DNA of 64,000 nucleotides from an uncultured bacterium (GTDB lineage: Bacteria; Omnitrophota; Gorgyraeia; Zapsychrales; Aceulaceae), in the NCBI GenBank assembly GCA_937930175.1, contig CALGLP010000011.1, forward strand, positions 28,776 through 92,775, given 5' to 3'. Made by a program: the position numbers and the translations under genes. The notes beneath the pieces were generated by a model. That model ran no database searches. It was not told the origin of the DNA and saw only the letters and a program-made list of their open reading frames with translations. Shown piece after piece: positions 17,790 through 27,730 of the stretch. Numbering within the stretch: position 1 is the first letter of the stretch; each line of letters opens with the position of its first letter.

Positions 17790-19916
17790 TTAGCCCAACA
17801 ACCGTTCAATGGTTTCTAAAAGACCTTCCGAGGTAAAATCTTTCTTTAAAATATAGGCGTCGGCGCCCACTTCAAGCCCGCGGCGCTTGTCCTCATCGGT
17901 TTCACGTGTCGTTACAATCATAACCGGAATCTCTTTATAAAAAGGAATCTTTCGAAGGCTTGCCACAAAATCAAATCCATCCATGCGCGGCATGAGAACA
18001 TCCGTGATAATCAAATCAAAGCTTTCTTGGTTCGCCCGATCTAAGGCCTCTTTCCCGTCACGCGCAATCACAACCGAAAACCCAGCAGCCTCGAGAATGC
18101 TTTTTTCAAGCATCGCCGTGCTCAAAACATCTTCGGCCAAGAGAACCGTTTTTTTCTTGCCCTTCACTAAAGCTTTTGGGGGCGCGGAAGGTTTTTTGAT
18201 CACAACGCCCTCCGCCGAACGAATCACAGACGCGATATCAAGGATAAGAATAACGCGGCCATTGCCTAAAATCGTGGCTCCGGAAATGTTGCTAACATTT
18301 TTTAAAGGATCGCCAATGGCCTTGCTAATAATATCCTGACGACCAATGAGTTCGTCAACTAAGATGCCAATTCTTTTTTCCACAGACTGAACGACAACCA
18401 CAGGAAGAAATCTTTTCTCGAAAATGCCTTTTCGCGGCAGATTAAAAATATCGCTTAAGCGCACCAATGGCAAAATATGGCCCTTCACGGTAATGGCTTC
18501 CTTGGTTTCTATTGTTTTAATTGCGCTAGGGTCAACGCGCAGGGTTTCCATCACTGTTTCGATCGGAATAGCAAAAATATCTGTGCCCGCGGCAACGAGC
18601 AAGCTTTCCGCAATGGCAAGCGTTAAAGGAAGTCTCAAAAGAAAACTTGTACCCAGTCCTGGCTTTGACTTAACCTCCACCATTCCCTTGTATTCAGCAA
18701 TGTGATCACGTACCACGTCCAACCCAACGCCACGGCCGGAAGTCTCAGAAACTTCATCGGTCGTTGTAAAGCCAGGTGCAAAAAGAATCTGATAAATTTG
18801 ATCATCCACCATATCACTCAAACGCTCTTGGGCGACAAACCCCTGAGCCACAGCCCTTTCTTTGACCTTGTCAATATTCACCCCATGGCCGTCATCAGCA
18901 ACCTCAATCACAACCCGAGAGCCTTCTCTGTATGCGGATAGCGTAATTTTTCCTTCAATAGGTTTTCCCTTTTCTTGGCGCGCTTGCGGCATCTCAATCC
19001 CGTGATCAACAGCGTTACGCAAAAGATGCATGATCGGGTCTTTCATGTGGTCAATAATCGCCTTGTCGATTTGCGTGTCTTCACCATGGATTTCAAACCG
19101 AATTTCCTTGCCCTTGGTGCGCGCTAAGTCACGCATCGCCCGTGAAAAATGATTAAAAAGATAGGAAACCGGTACCAAGCGAATCTTCATGACTTCATCT
19201 TGAAGGCTCTTGCTAAGCCGATCCATATTATTCTTGATCATATTAAAATCTTTGGTAAGGCCTCCCAGGTTTTCATCTAATTCTTTATTACCTTCGACCT
19301 TATCATTAAGACTTTGCACTAATTCATTCAAGCGAATCTTGCCAACAATCATTTCCCCGGTCAAGTTCATCAGCCGATTAAGCTTATCAATATCCACACG
19401 GATGCTTTCTTCAACGGCGGACTGAAGCGCTGAGGATTTTTGCGACACGTCAACAACTTCTTTTTCAATCCCTTGGGATCCTTGCGCAGGCTGCGGCACG
19501 GCCTGAGGGGCCTGACTTGGCGCGTGGGAAAAAAGATTCTTAACCTCTTCACAAAGATTAGAAACCGAAGAAGCTTCAATGCCTTTATCTGACCATGTTA
19601 CTTTGTCATCTAAAAGCGGCTCAATAGCATCCAAACATTTAAATAAAAGATCAACTTGTTCTTTGGAAAGGCTTAGATTTTCCTTGAGAACTTTTTCAAA
19701 AGCATCTTCCATGACATGGGCCAGATCTACAATACGCTTATAGCCCATCATGGTCGCTGAGCCCTTAATCGTATGCGTCTTGCGCATCAAAAGTTCGGCC
19801 AGGCTTCGGTCGTGCGGATTTTTTTCCAATTGCAAAAGCCCTGCACTGGTTTCCTGCAACAGATCCCTGACTTCTGCCTTAAAACTTTCAATATATTTTG
19901 ATCGATCAAACGCCAT
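17790..19916 (-). CDS. cheA: Chemotaxis histidine kinase CheA with C-terminal receiver (CheA-REC hybrid)
   Basis: Hpt (HTIKGSATMMGY), HATPase (GRGVGLDVV), CheW-like domain and a terminal receiver (VLLAEDVLSTAML...IITDVLMPRMDG). Confidence 0.9.
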   Translation of the reverse strand: MAFDRSKYIESFKAEVRDLLQETSAGLLQLEKNPHDRSLAELLMRKTHTIKGSATMMGYKRIVDLAHVMEDAFEKVLKENLSLSKEQVDLLFKCLDAIEPLLDDKVTWSDKGIEASSVSNLCEEVKNLFSHAPSQAPQAVPQPAQGSQGIEKEVVDVSQKSSALQSAVEESIRVDIDKLNRLMNLTGEMIVGKIRLNELVQSLNDKVEGNKELDENLGGLTKDFNMIKNNMDRLSKSLQDEVMKIRLVPVSYLFNHFSRAMRDLARTKGKEIRFEIHGEDTQIDKAIIDHMKDPIMHLLRNAVDHGIEMPQARQEKGKPIEGKITLSAYREGSRVVIEVADDGHGVNIDKVKERAVAQGFVAQERLSDMVDDQIYQILFAPGFTTTDEVSETSGRGVGLDVVRDHIAEYKGMVEVKSKPGLGTSFLLRLPLTLAIAESLLVAAGTDIFAIPIETVMETLRVDPSAIKTIETKEAITVKGHILPLVRLSDIFNLPRKGIFEKRFLPVVVVQSVEKRIGILVDELIGRQDIISKAIGDPLKNVSNISGATILGNGRVILILDIASVIRSAEGVVIKKPSAPPKALVKGKKKTVLLAEDVLSTAMLEKSILEAAGFSVVIARDGKEALDRANQESFDLIITDVLMPRMDGFDFVASLRKIPFYKEIPVMIVTTRETDEDKRRGLEVGADAYILKKDFTSEGLLETIERLLG

Positions 19917-19927
19917 AGCGAACTTCT

Positions 19928-21343
19928 TTATTTGAGCTGATTGGCTAAATGATTAAGGCCTTCCGTTAACTTATTGAGATCTTTAACCGCCTGCTGTGTT
20001 TGCTGAGCCCCTAACACAATTTGTTTCATCGCCTCGTCGATATTCATCATGGCCTCGGAAATTTGTTTGGAACCGGCAATCTGCTGATTAGCACTCATGG
20101 CGATTTCCTTGGAACGTTCCGCGGTTTGCTGAGCCAAGCGCGCTTCATCATCAACACTTTTAAGATTTCCTTCCATGGCCATAACAGAATTCGTCATCTC
20201 ATGCTGGATCAACTCGATCAAGCTGCTGATTTCTTTGGTGGATTTGGCTGTTGAATCAGAAAGCTTTCTAATCTCGTCAGCCACCACCGTAAATCCTCGC
20301 CCCTGGTCGCCAGCACGGGCGGCTTCAATCGAAGCGTTCACAGCCAAGAGATTCGTTTGATCTGCGACATCATCAATCATATCGGTAATCTTTCCGATCT
20401 TCTGGGATTTCTCGCCAAGCGACGACACCATTTGATTGGTTCGACCAAGCGATTCCTTGATTTTCGCCATGCCCGCTAACGCATGGGCCGCCACCTCGGA
20501 AACCTTGCGAATACTTTCCCCTACCTGCTCGGAGGTTGTAGAAAGCTCTTTGGCCGCCGACGTGGTCTCGGCGACAGCTGAGGATTGTTCACGCGCCCCA
20601 GAAGATTGTTCCTGGCTCGCCGCTACAATTTCGGCTGAGGCAGAAGTGATTTGTTGCACAGAATTGATAAGTGTTTTAATCGCCTGCGTGAGAATGCGTA
20701 AAACAAAAAACGCCACAAATGCTCCTAGCACAATGGCGATGAGTAAAAGGATCACCATGAGATTCCTGGTCGTTTCTTCGATGACATGGGCTTTCGCAAC
20801 ATACTCTTCAAAGATTTTATGTCCTTCGCCTCTAATGTTGTTCACAAGAGGTTTGATTAGGGCAGCGGTTTTGACAAAATCGGTCGTGTCCGCTCCCAGC
20901 ACATCATCATTGGCTGTTGGATTTTTTTCCACATCATCAACAGCACTTAAAACCTGGGCAACATAACGATCAAATGTTTCTTCTATCTTTTCGACTTCAA
21001 TTGTTTCTGCTTTCATCCTATCTAGCTGTGCCTTAATCGCCTTGATCCACTGCAAAGCCTTTTTGGCCTCTTCAGCGCTTACTTTAAAACGAGCATTAAT
21101 ATATTCCTCTTTGGCCGCCTCTACGCCTTTGATCGAATACCGTAAAATAAAATCCTTTTCTCCAGTACGGCAACTTAAGAAGGCAACCAAGAGATCTTGG
21201 CTTGCATCGACTAAGGCTGCTCCTTTTTTCTCAGCATCTTCCCAGCTTTGATTAATTTGATTAATATTCATAATGGCAACAGCGCCCAGAGCCAATACGA
21301 TGAACAACATTAAAACAAACCCAATCAAAATTTTCTTTTTCAT
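19928..21343 (-). CDS. Methyl-accepting chemotaxis protein (membrane-anchored, HAMP + MCP signalling domain)
   Basis: Highly conserved MCP core IEAARAGDQGRGFTVVADEIRKLSDSTAKSTKEIS. Confidence 0.9.
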   Translation of the reverse strand: MKKKILIGFVLMLFIVLALGAVAIMNINQINQSWEDAEKKGAALVDASQDLLVAFLSCRTGEKDFILRYSIKGVEAAKEEYINARFKVSAEEAKKALQWIKAIKAQLDRMKAETIEVEKIEETFDRYVAQVLSAVDDVEKNPTANDDVLGADTTDFVKTAALIKPLVNNIRGEGHKIFEEYVAKAHVIEETTRNLMVILLLIAIVLGAFVAFFVLRILTQAIKTLINSVQQITSASAEIVAASQEQSSGAREQSSAVAETTSAAKELSTTSEQVGESIRKVSEVAAHALAGMAKIKESLGRTNQMVSSLGEKSQKIGKITDMIDDVADQTNLLAVNASIEAARAGDQGRGFTVVADEIRKLSDSTAKSTKEISSLIELIQHEMTNSVMAMEGNLKSVDDEARLAQQTAERSKEIAMSANQQIAGSKQISEAMMNIDEAMKQIVLGAQQTQQAVKDLNKLTEGLNHLANQLK

Positions 21344-21390
21344 TCTCTCCTCCTAAAGATTAGATAGATTATTCCCCTCGACGCAAATCC

Positions 21391-21915
21391 TTACCCTTTT
21401 TTTAAATGCTCCATTTCCTCACACGTTAAAATCTTTTTAAGATCTAAAAAAATAAGGATCTCCCCTCCTACCTGTGCCTGGCCCCGCGTGTACTGAGACA
21501 TCTTGGTGCCAAGCGTTGCTAAAGGCGGCTGAATCAAGCGCTCCTCAATATCTATGGCTCCCTTAACCTCATCAACAAGAAGAGCCATCGGCGCTCCCAA
21601 AACATCTGTGACAAGCGCCCAAAGCTCCTTAGGGCGTTCACTAGCATCAAGGGTTAAAAAAGAGCAAAGATCGCATAGCGTGATGACCTCGCCACGTAAA
21701 TTCATAACACCCAGAACAAAGTTGGGCACACCCGGAACATGGGTGACGTGCTCGACCTTAATCACTTCTTTAGCATCCTTGATATCCACACAATACTGTT
21801 CCTGCCCAACGAAAAAGACCAAAACACGCATATACGCTGTCAACGAAATCTCATCGTCATTTTCTAGGTCATCGACTTCAAAAATAATTTTCTTAGAATC
21901 CTCTGTCATGCACAC
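21391..21915 (-). CDS. cheW: CheW-like coupling protein
   Basis: CheW-domain pattern (VVFFVGQEQYCVDI...VMNLRGEVITLCDL). Confidence 0.8.
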   Translation of the reverse strand: MCMTEDSKKIIFEVDDLENDDEISLTAYMRVLVFFVGQEQYCVDIKDAKEVIKVEHVTHVPGVPNFVLGVMNLRGEVITLCDLCSFLTLDASERPKELWALVTDVLGAPMALLVDEVKGAIDIEERLIQPPLATLGTKMSQYTRGQAQVGGEILIFLDLKKILTCEEMEHLKKG

Positions 21916-22376
21916 GCCCTCTTTCGTATCTCGACGCGTTCACGAATATGATCTAAATCAACTTTCGCCTCATGGCTCAAAAGGCTTTGCATATCAATGA
22001 CTAAAAAAATATCATTGCTCTTTCTCAAAACCCCCAGCAAATAGCTGACATTCTTCAAAACGTCATCGGGTGGAGTAATCTGGCTGTCCTCTAGCGTCAA
22101 CACATCTAAAACGCTATCCACGATCACACCCACAAAATAGGTGTCAAGCCTGCAGACAATAATACGACTGGTTTTCGTGACGAAGCCCGCGGACAAAGAA
22201 AATTTTTTCCGTAAATTAATCAAAGGGATAATCTTGCCCCGAAGACTGATAACCCCTTCTACAAAATCCGCTGTCTCTGGGACCGGCGTCGGTGGGCGCA
22301 TGGCAATCACCCGCAAAACTTGATCAATTTTCAAGCCATAATGTTTATCGGCAAGAGTAAAGGTAAGTATTTTCAT
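21906..22376 (-). CDS. cheW: CheW-like coupling protein (second copy)
   Basis: LTFTLADKHYGLKI...VISLRGKIIPLINL; 10-nt overlap with the downstream cheW. Confidence 0.8.
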   Translation of the reverse strand: MKILTFTLADKHYGLKIDQVLRVIAMRPPTPVPETADFVEGVISLRGKIIPLINLRKKFSLSAGFVTKTSRIIVCRLDTYFVGVIVDSVLDVLTLEDSQITPPDDVLKNVSYLLGVLRKSNDIFLVIDMQSLLSHEAKVDLDHIRERVEIRKRACA

Positions 22377-22384
22377 GGACGTGA

Positions 22385-23896
22385 TTATACCTGCTTGAGT
22401 CTTTCTAGGTTATCCCGGCAAACGCTCATCAGCGTGGCTGCGTTGAACCCGCCACTGTAGGCTATTATAGTTGTCGGCTCATATCCTGACAACAGCTTTA
22501 GCGAGTTTCTGTAGGCCCGGATAGCCTCGGATGTCTGCGTTTCGCTTCGATAAACCTGAGCAAGATAGAAATGAGCCAACAAAAATGTCTGATCGAGAAA
22601 AAGAGCCTTGCGCAAGCTTTCTTTGGCCTCGCGCAGCATGTTTTCCTCAAAATAAATGCAGCCAAACAGGTAGTGCGCCGGGGCAAAAAGAGCATTGAGA
22701 CTCAAGGCTTTATGAAGACTTTCTTTGGCTTCGGCCATTTTTCCCTGATTCATAAAAATCTCTGCTTGCATATAAAGCGGGTCGGCAGCTCTTTCATCAA
22801 GACGCTGGGCCTCCTCAAGTAAGGAAAGAGCTTCAGCATATTCCTTAAGATACATGTGCTTGTGCGATTGAAAAAGCAAATCTTCAAGACTTCTTAAGGA
22901 AGCACTCGTTTTTGCAAAAGCCGCCACCTGCGCCAAGGCCTCTTGATGAGAAATTTCTTCAAGGATACTATTGGCATCAAGAGTTTCTTCTTCTGCCACA
23001 GACGTTCTTTGTTGCGTAGAGAACACCTTTTGCATGCCCAAAACTTTCTTCTGATAATAAATAGCTTCTTGGCTACTGATCATCTGAAACTGATCACGCA
23101 TAAAATGCAAACTCTCCGAATAACCAATAAAGAGGTGCCCCTCGTCTAAAAGAGCGTTATAAAACTTGCGCATCACCTTGATCGTTGTTTCCAATTCAAA
23201 ATAAATGACCACATTACGACAAAAAATAATATCAAAACCAAAAGGATAATCGTCTTCCATGAGGTTGAAGAAGCCAAAGCTCACCATGCGCTTTATCTCA
23301 TCGCTAACTTGATAAAAAGATTGCTTGTATTCTCCGGGCTTAACCGTGAAATATTTCTGCAAATAAGGTGCTGCAACGTAGCGCACAGCATTTTTGCTAT
23401 AAAGCCCTTTTTGGGCTTGCCGAAGGGCATTTTCAGAGGCATCCGTGGCTAGAATTTCAATCTCCCAGCCATCAAGGTCACCTAAAACCTCCTTGATCAC
23501 CATCGCAATGGTGTAGGGCTCCTCGCCAGAGGAACACCCCGCGCTCCAAATGCGTAGCTTCGGCTTGGTCCCATCGCGCAAAGCCATTTTTGTTTTTTCT
23601 TCGATTAAAACAGGTAAAACTTTTTCCTTGAGGACTTCAAAGTGAGCTTCATTGCGAAAAAAATACGTGTGGTTGATCGTCAGCAGGTTGAGCAGTTCAC
23701 GAAACTCATCATCTCGCTCATCCGAAGTCGTAAGAAAAGCATAGTAGGAGGCAACAGCGGCCATGCCGCGTATTTTCATGCGCTCAACAATAGCATCGTC
23801 GAGATTCTTAAGGTCATGGTCCTTAAAATACAATCCGCCGCGGCTGCAGACGAAATCCTTGAATTTTATGCGAAGCTCATTGGGGAAAATCATCAA
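22385..23896 (-). CDS. cheR: Chemotaxis methyltransferase CheR with C-terminal TPR repeats (FrzF/WspC-like architecture)
   Basis: SAM-binding LRIWSAGCSSGEEPYTIAM; the C-terminal third has TPR-like repeats (AEAKESLHKALSLNALFAPAHYLFGCIYF...). Confidence 0.85.
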   Translation of the reverse strand: MMIFPNELRIKFKDFVCSRGGLYFKDHDLKNLDDAIVERMKIRGMAAVASYYAFLTTSDERDDEFRELLNLLTINHTYFFRNEAHFEVLKEKVLPVLIEEKTKMALRDGTKPKLRIWSAGCSSGEEPYTIAMVIKEVLGDLDGWEIEILATDASENALRQAQKGLYSKNAVRYVAAPYLQKYFTVKPGEYKQSFYQVSDEIKRMVSFGFFNLMEDDYPFGFDIIFCRNVVIYFELETTIKVMRKFYNALLDEGHLFIGYSESLHFMRDQFQMISSQEAIYYQKKVLGMQKVFSTQQRTSVAEEETLDANSILEEISHQEALAQVAAFAKTSASLRSLEDLLFQSHKHMYLKEYAEALSLLEEAQRLDERAADPLYMQAEIFMNQGKMAEAKESLHKALSLNALFAPAHYLFGCIYFEENMLREAKESLRKALFLDQTFLLAHFYLAQVYRSETQTSEAIRAYRNSLKLLSGYEPTTIIAYSGGFNAATLMSVCRDNLERLKQV

Positions 23897-23919
23897 TAAA
23901 TTATTGAAAATAGTAGGTT

Positions 23920-26112
23920 TTAGGAACGCCGCTTGAGCAGCATGCGAATTCGGGCAAGCAACTTTTCGGGATCAAAGGGCTTGCTCACATAATCATCGGC
24001 CCCGGCATCCAGGGCTTCAATTTCGCTAGCGCTATCAGTCTTGGCTGTCAACATCACAACAGGAATGGAAGCCGTTTCTAAAGAATTCTTTATCTTTCGC
24101 GTTGCACTCACCCCATCTAAAATAGGCATCATAATATCCATCATAATAAGATGGGGCTTCTTCTGATACGCAGCTTTGATGCCCTGCTCTCCATCCGCTG
24201 CCTCAAGAACCTCATAGCCTTCTTTAAGCAGTCGTGCCCGCAGAACCTTTCGGATGTCGTCTTCATCATCCACAACAAGAATAGTAAATCGTTTGTTCAG
24301 GGCGCGCTGCAAATCACCTGTAATGGCAGCTGCTTCTTGTTGTTCTTCTGGCGTAGACACCGACGAGACTTCTCTCTCAGGCTCTTTCATTTCTGTGTCT
24401 CTTACATCGCAAACAGTTTCTACCTCTTCAATCGTAGTTAATCCTTCGAGAACCTTACGAATACCAGATTCTGCCAATGATCGCATCCCATTAACACGGG
24501 CCACCTTCAGCATCTCGGCCTGGGGAGCCTTCTGGGCAATAAGCGTACGCAGTTGTTCATCAACTTTAACTATTTCACTAATCACGGTTCGCCCCAAGAA
24601 GCCCGTATAGCAACACCGATCGCATCCCTTGCCAAAAAAGAATTGAGTAATCTTGTTCTGCTGGATAAAAAGCCCAAACTTTTCATAAAGCTCTTGTTTT
24701 TGCTTCTGATCTGTCACCTCCAGCTTGCAATAAGGACAAATCGTACGTACCAAGCGCTGCGCCAAAATCAAGATGACAGACGAGGCAATCAAATAAGGCT
24801 CCAGACCAATATCCATCAGACGAACAACTGTAGCCAAAGCATGATTAGTATGAACCGAAGAAAAAACAAGGTGACCGGTTAACGAAGCGCGAAAAGCAAT
24901 CTCCGCTGTTTCAAGATCACGAATTTCTCCAACTAAAATAACGTTAGGATCTTGACGCAGAATACTTCTTAATCCTGTAGCAAAGGTAACGTCTTTAAAA
25001 GGGTTGACTTGAATTTGATTAATTCCTTGCATCAAATACTCAACGGGATCTTCAATGGTCACAATATTCTTTGTTTCACTCTTAATATGACTTAAGGCTG
25101 CATAGAGTGTTGAAGTTTTCCCTGAGCCCGTAGGCCCTGTCACTAAAATCATACCCTGAGGCTTACGGATCATCTGCTTGATCAAAGCAAGATCATCCTC
25201 GTAAAACCCAAGATGCTCGAGCTCCACCTGAGCCTCTTTTTTATCTAAAAGGCGCAAAACGATTTTCTCGCCAAAAAAGGTAGGAATAATCGAAATGCGC
25301 AAATCAACCTTACGTCCGTTAACCAAAAGACTGCATCGTCCATCTTGGGCTTTATGCGTCTCCGCAATATCCAAATTCGTAAGAATCTTGATGCGGACAC
25401 CCAAATTGGAATACAAACCAATTGGGATTTTCATAATATTGCGCAAATTACCATCAACACGGTAGCGTACCTCAACAAACTTTTCAAAAGGTTCAATATG
25501 AATATCACTAGCGCGAGCACGAATAGCATCATAAAGAATCGCATTGCCCAGCTTCACAACCGGAGAATGGTCCTCAAGTCCGGCTGCAGAAAGACTATGC
25601 ATCTTCTTGGCATCAATAATTTCATTATCTTTGATGATTTCGATCTTCGCCTGATCTGTGACATTTTTCATCAAATCATAGATCGAGTCGTCCAAGAGAT
25701 AATAGCGTTCAATGTAGCTTGCGATCTCACTCTTGCGAACCAACAAAGGCTTGATCTTGGCATGAACCAACATGCTCAAATGATCAAGCGCAATAACATC
25801 CTGAGGGTTACTCATAGCCAGAAGAAGGCTACCGCTTTCATAGCGCAGAGGAAAAACACCGTACTGCTTGGCTTTGTCGCTAGGAATTTCTTTAACAATC
25901 GCTTCATCAATTTTTTCTACGGAAAGGTTAGTTACAGGAATTTTATAAACTTCAGAAGCTGTCTGAATAAGATCTTCTTCACTTAAAAATTCCATTTCTA
26001 CAAGAAGCTCATGTAAAGGCTTTTTAGCTCCGATTTGTTTTATCTTCGCGTCTTCAATGTTATCTTGTGTAATAAGATTTTTCTTTAATAGCACATCCAA
26101 CAATGTGGTCAT
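23920..26112 (-). CDS. GspE/PilB-family secretion/pilus ATPase fused to a C-terminal receiver domain
   Basis: N-terminal T2SSE_N-like domain, Walker A LVTGPTGSGKTST, tetracysteine CPYC...CDRCC, then a receiver ILVVDDEDDIRKV...IMMDIMMPILDG...MLTAKTD...K. Confidence 0.85.
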   Translation of the reverse strand: MTTLLDVLLKKNLITQDNIEDAKIKQIGAKKPLHELLVEMEFLSEEDLIQTASEVYKIPVTNLSVEKIDEAIVKEIPSDKAKQYGVFPLRYESGSLLLAMSNPQDVIALDHLSMLVHAKIKPLLVRKSEIASYIERYYLLDDSIYDLMKNVTDQAKIEIIKDNEIIDAKKMHSLSAAGLEDHSPVVKLGNAILYDAIRARASDIHIEPFEKFVEVRYRVDGNLRNIMKIPIGLYSNLGVRIKILTNLDIAETHKAQDGRCSLLVNGRKVDLRISIIPTFFGEKIVLRLLDKKEAQVELEHLGFYEDDLALIKQMIRKPQGMILVTGPTGSGKTSTLYAALSHIKSETKNIVTIEDPVEYLMQGINQIQVNPFKDVTFATGLRSILRQDPNVILVGEIRDLETAEIAFRASLTGHLVFSSVHTNHALATVVRLMDIGLEPYLIASSVILILAQRLVRTICPYCKLEVTDQKQKQELYEKFGLFIQQNKITQFFFGKGCDRCCYTGFLGRTVISEIVKVDEQLRTLIAQKAPQAEMLKVARVNGMRSLAESGIRKVLEGLTTIEEVETVCDVRDTEMKEPEREVSSVSTPEEQQEAAAITGDLQRALNKRFTILVVDDEDDIRKVLRARLLKEGYEVLEAADGEQGIKAAYQKKPHLIMMDIMMPILDGVSATRKIKNSLETASIPVVMLTAKTDSASEIEALDAGADDYVSKPFDPEKLLARIRMLLKRRS

Positions 26113-26168
26113 TTCTATGTTCTTCCTTTACATTTTACATACTTTTCTTAACAGACATTTTGCACTCC

Positions 26169-26196
26169 ATTGTACAACGAAAGAGTGCTCTTGCAA
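26169..26196 (-). promoter_or_regulatory. Candidate sigma70-type promoter of the chemosensory operon (TTGCAA, 16-nt spacer, TACAAT)
   Basis: On the minus strand: TTGCAA (26191-26196), 16 nt, TACAAT (complement of 26169-26174). AAGGAAG RBS about 10 nt before ATG at 26112. Confidence 0.35.
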
Positions 26197-26223
26197 TATA
26201 TTATCTACAGTCAATCTGCTTAA

Positions 26224-27720
26224 TTAGACGCGCTGGTTATCTTTCGTTAGTTTTAAAAGTTGCTTGGCAAGCAAGGTTGTTGCTTGATCAGGTAAAAGAC
26301 GCCACTGCCAATTATGGTCAACGGTTCCTGGAATATTCATGCGGTGGGCTTCATCAAGACCTAAAAGGTCCTGCATGGGCAAAATCACTGCATCCGCAAC
26401 AGACCTAAGAGCGAGAGTAACAAGCTGCCAAGAAATATTATCAAGTGTTGGTTCCTGGCCCAAAACGTCCCTCATCTTTTGCTTGATCGTATCTGTCGCT
26501 TCCTGCTTAAACCAGCCCTTAACAGTATTGTTATCATGAGTGCCTGTGTAAACAATGCAGTTTTTGATATGGTTGTGGGGCAAATAAGGATTTTCATCGT
26601 CGCTATCAAAGGCGAAAAGCAAGATTTTCATTCCTGGAAACTTATATTTTTTGATAAGTTCTTTGACATCATCGGTTAAAAAACCGAGATCCTCAGCGAT
26701 AATCGGGAACTCTTTAAAAATTTTAAGCATTTTGGTGAAGAAATCTTTGGCGGGTGCTTCCGCCCAAGACCCATTGATAGCTGTTTCTTCACCCCTAGGA
26801 ACTTGCCAAAAATTAACAAAGCCACGAAAATGATCGACACGAACAATATCAAAAAGGGCTAAATTCTGCGCCAAGCGATCCCTCCACCAAGCATAGCCAG
26901 TTTCTTTCAAGGCATCCCAATCATACACAGGATTGCCCCAAAGTTGCCCGGTCTTGCTAAAATAATCCGGAGGAACTCCCGCTAAGAAAATAAGCCCGCC
27001 TTCTTCATCGAGCTTAAAGATCGAAGGATTCGCCCAAACATCCACACTGTCATGCTGAACATAAATCGGAAGGTCACCAATCACCTCAACGCCCCTAGCT
27101 TTACCATATTTCTTGAGTGCAAACCATTGCTTAAAGAAAACATATTGAAAAAACTTTTGCTTAAGAATAGGCGCCTGAAGCTCTTTTACATATTTTTTAA
27201 CAGCCTCGGGCTTTCTAGCGCGAATATCTTGCGGCCAGCGATACCACGGAGAACCTTGAAAATACTGCTTGAGGGCAATGAAAAGGCTATAATCCTCAAG
27301 CCAAAATTCATTTTTACGACAGAACGCCTTAAAATCAGCGTCCTTGACTAAAAAGCCTTGCGCATGCGCAAAGGCCTGATCCAGAAGGCCCGTCTTATAA
27401 GAAATCACCGCGTGATAATTCACGTGGTCGTCGGGAAAAGAGGGCATCTTCTTTACCGCATCCGCCGGAAGAAAACCATCTTCCACTAACTTCTCGGGAC
27501 TAATAAAAAGAATGTTACTAGCAAACGCAGAACAACTGCTATAAGGACAATTCCCCAAAGCAATATCCGTTGGGTTCAGAGGCAATATCTGCCACTGCGA
27601 CTGCCCAGCATTTTTAAGAAAATCAATAAATTGGTATGCACCTTGCCCCAGATCCCCAATCCCAAAAGGAGATGGTAAGGAGCTAATGTGCAAAAGAACG
27701 CCACTTGTTCGTCGATCCAT
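26224..27720 (-). CDS. malQ: 4-alpha-glucanotransferase (amylomaltase, GH77)
   Basis: N-terminal GVLLHISSLPSPFGIGDLG and GH77-typical length and motifs. Confidence 0.85.
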   Translation of the reverse strand: MDRRTSGVLLHISSLPSPFGIGDLGQGAYQFIDFLKNAGQSQWQILPLNPTDIALGNCPYSSCSAFASNILFISPEKLVEDGFLPADAVKKMPSFPDDHVNYHAVISYKTGLLDQAFAHAQGFLVKDADFKAFCRKNEFWLEDYSLFIALKQYFQGSPWYRWPQDIRARKPEAVKKYVKELQAPILKQKFFQYVFFKQWFALKKYGKARGVEVIGDLPIYVQHDSVDVWANPSIFKLDEEGGLIFLAGVPPDYFSKTGQLWGNPVYDWDALKETGYAWWRDRLAQNLALFDIVRVDHFRGFVNFWQVPRGEETAINGSWAEAPAKDFFTKMLKIFKEFPIIAEDLGFLTDDVKELIKKYKFPGMKILLFAFDSDDENPYLPHNHIKNCIVYTGTHDNNTVKGWFKQEATDTIKQKMRDVLGQEPTLDNISWQLVTLALRSVADAVILPMQDLLGLDEAHRMNIPGTVDHNWQWRLLPDQATTLLAKQLLKLTKDNQRV

Positions 27721-27730
27721 AAAACCTCCT

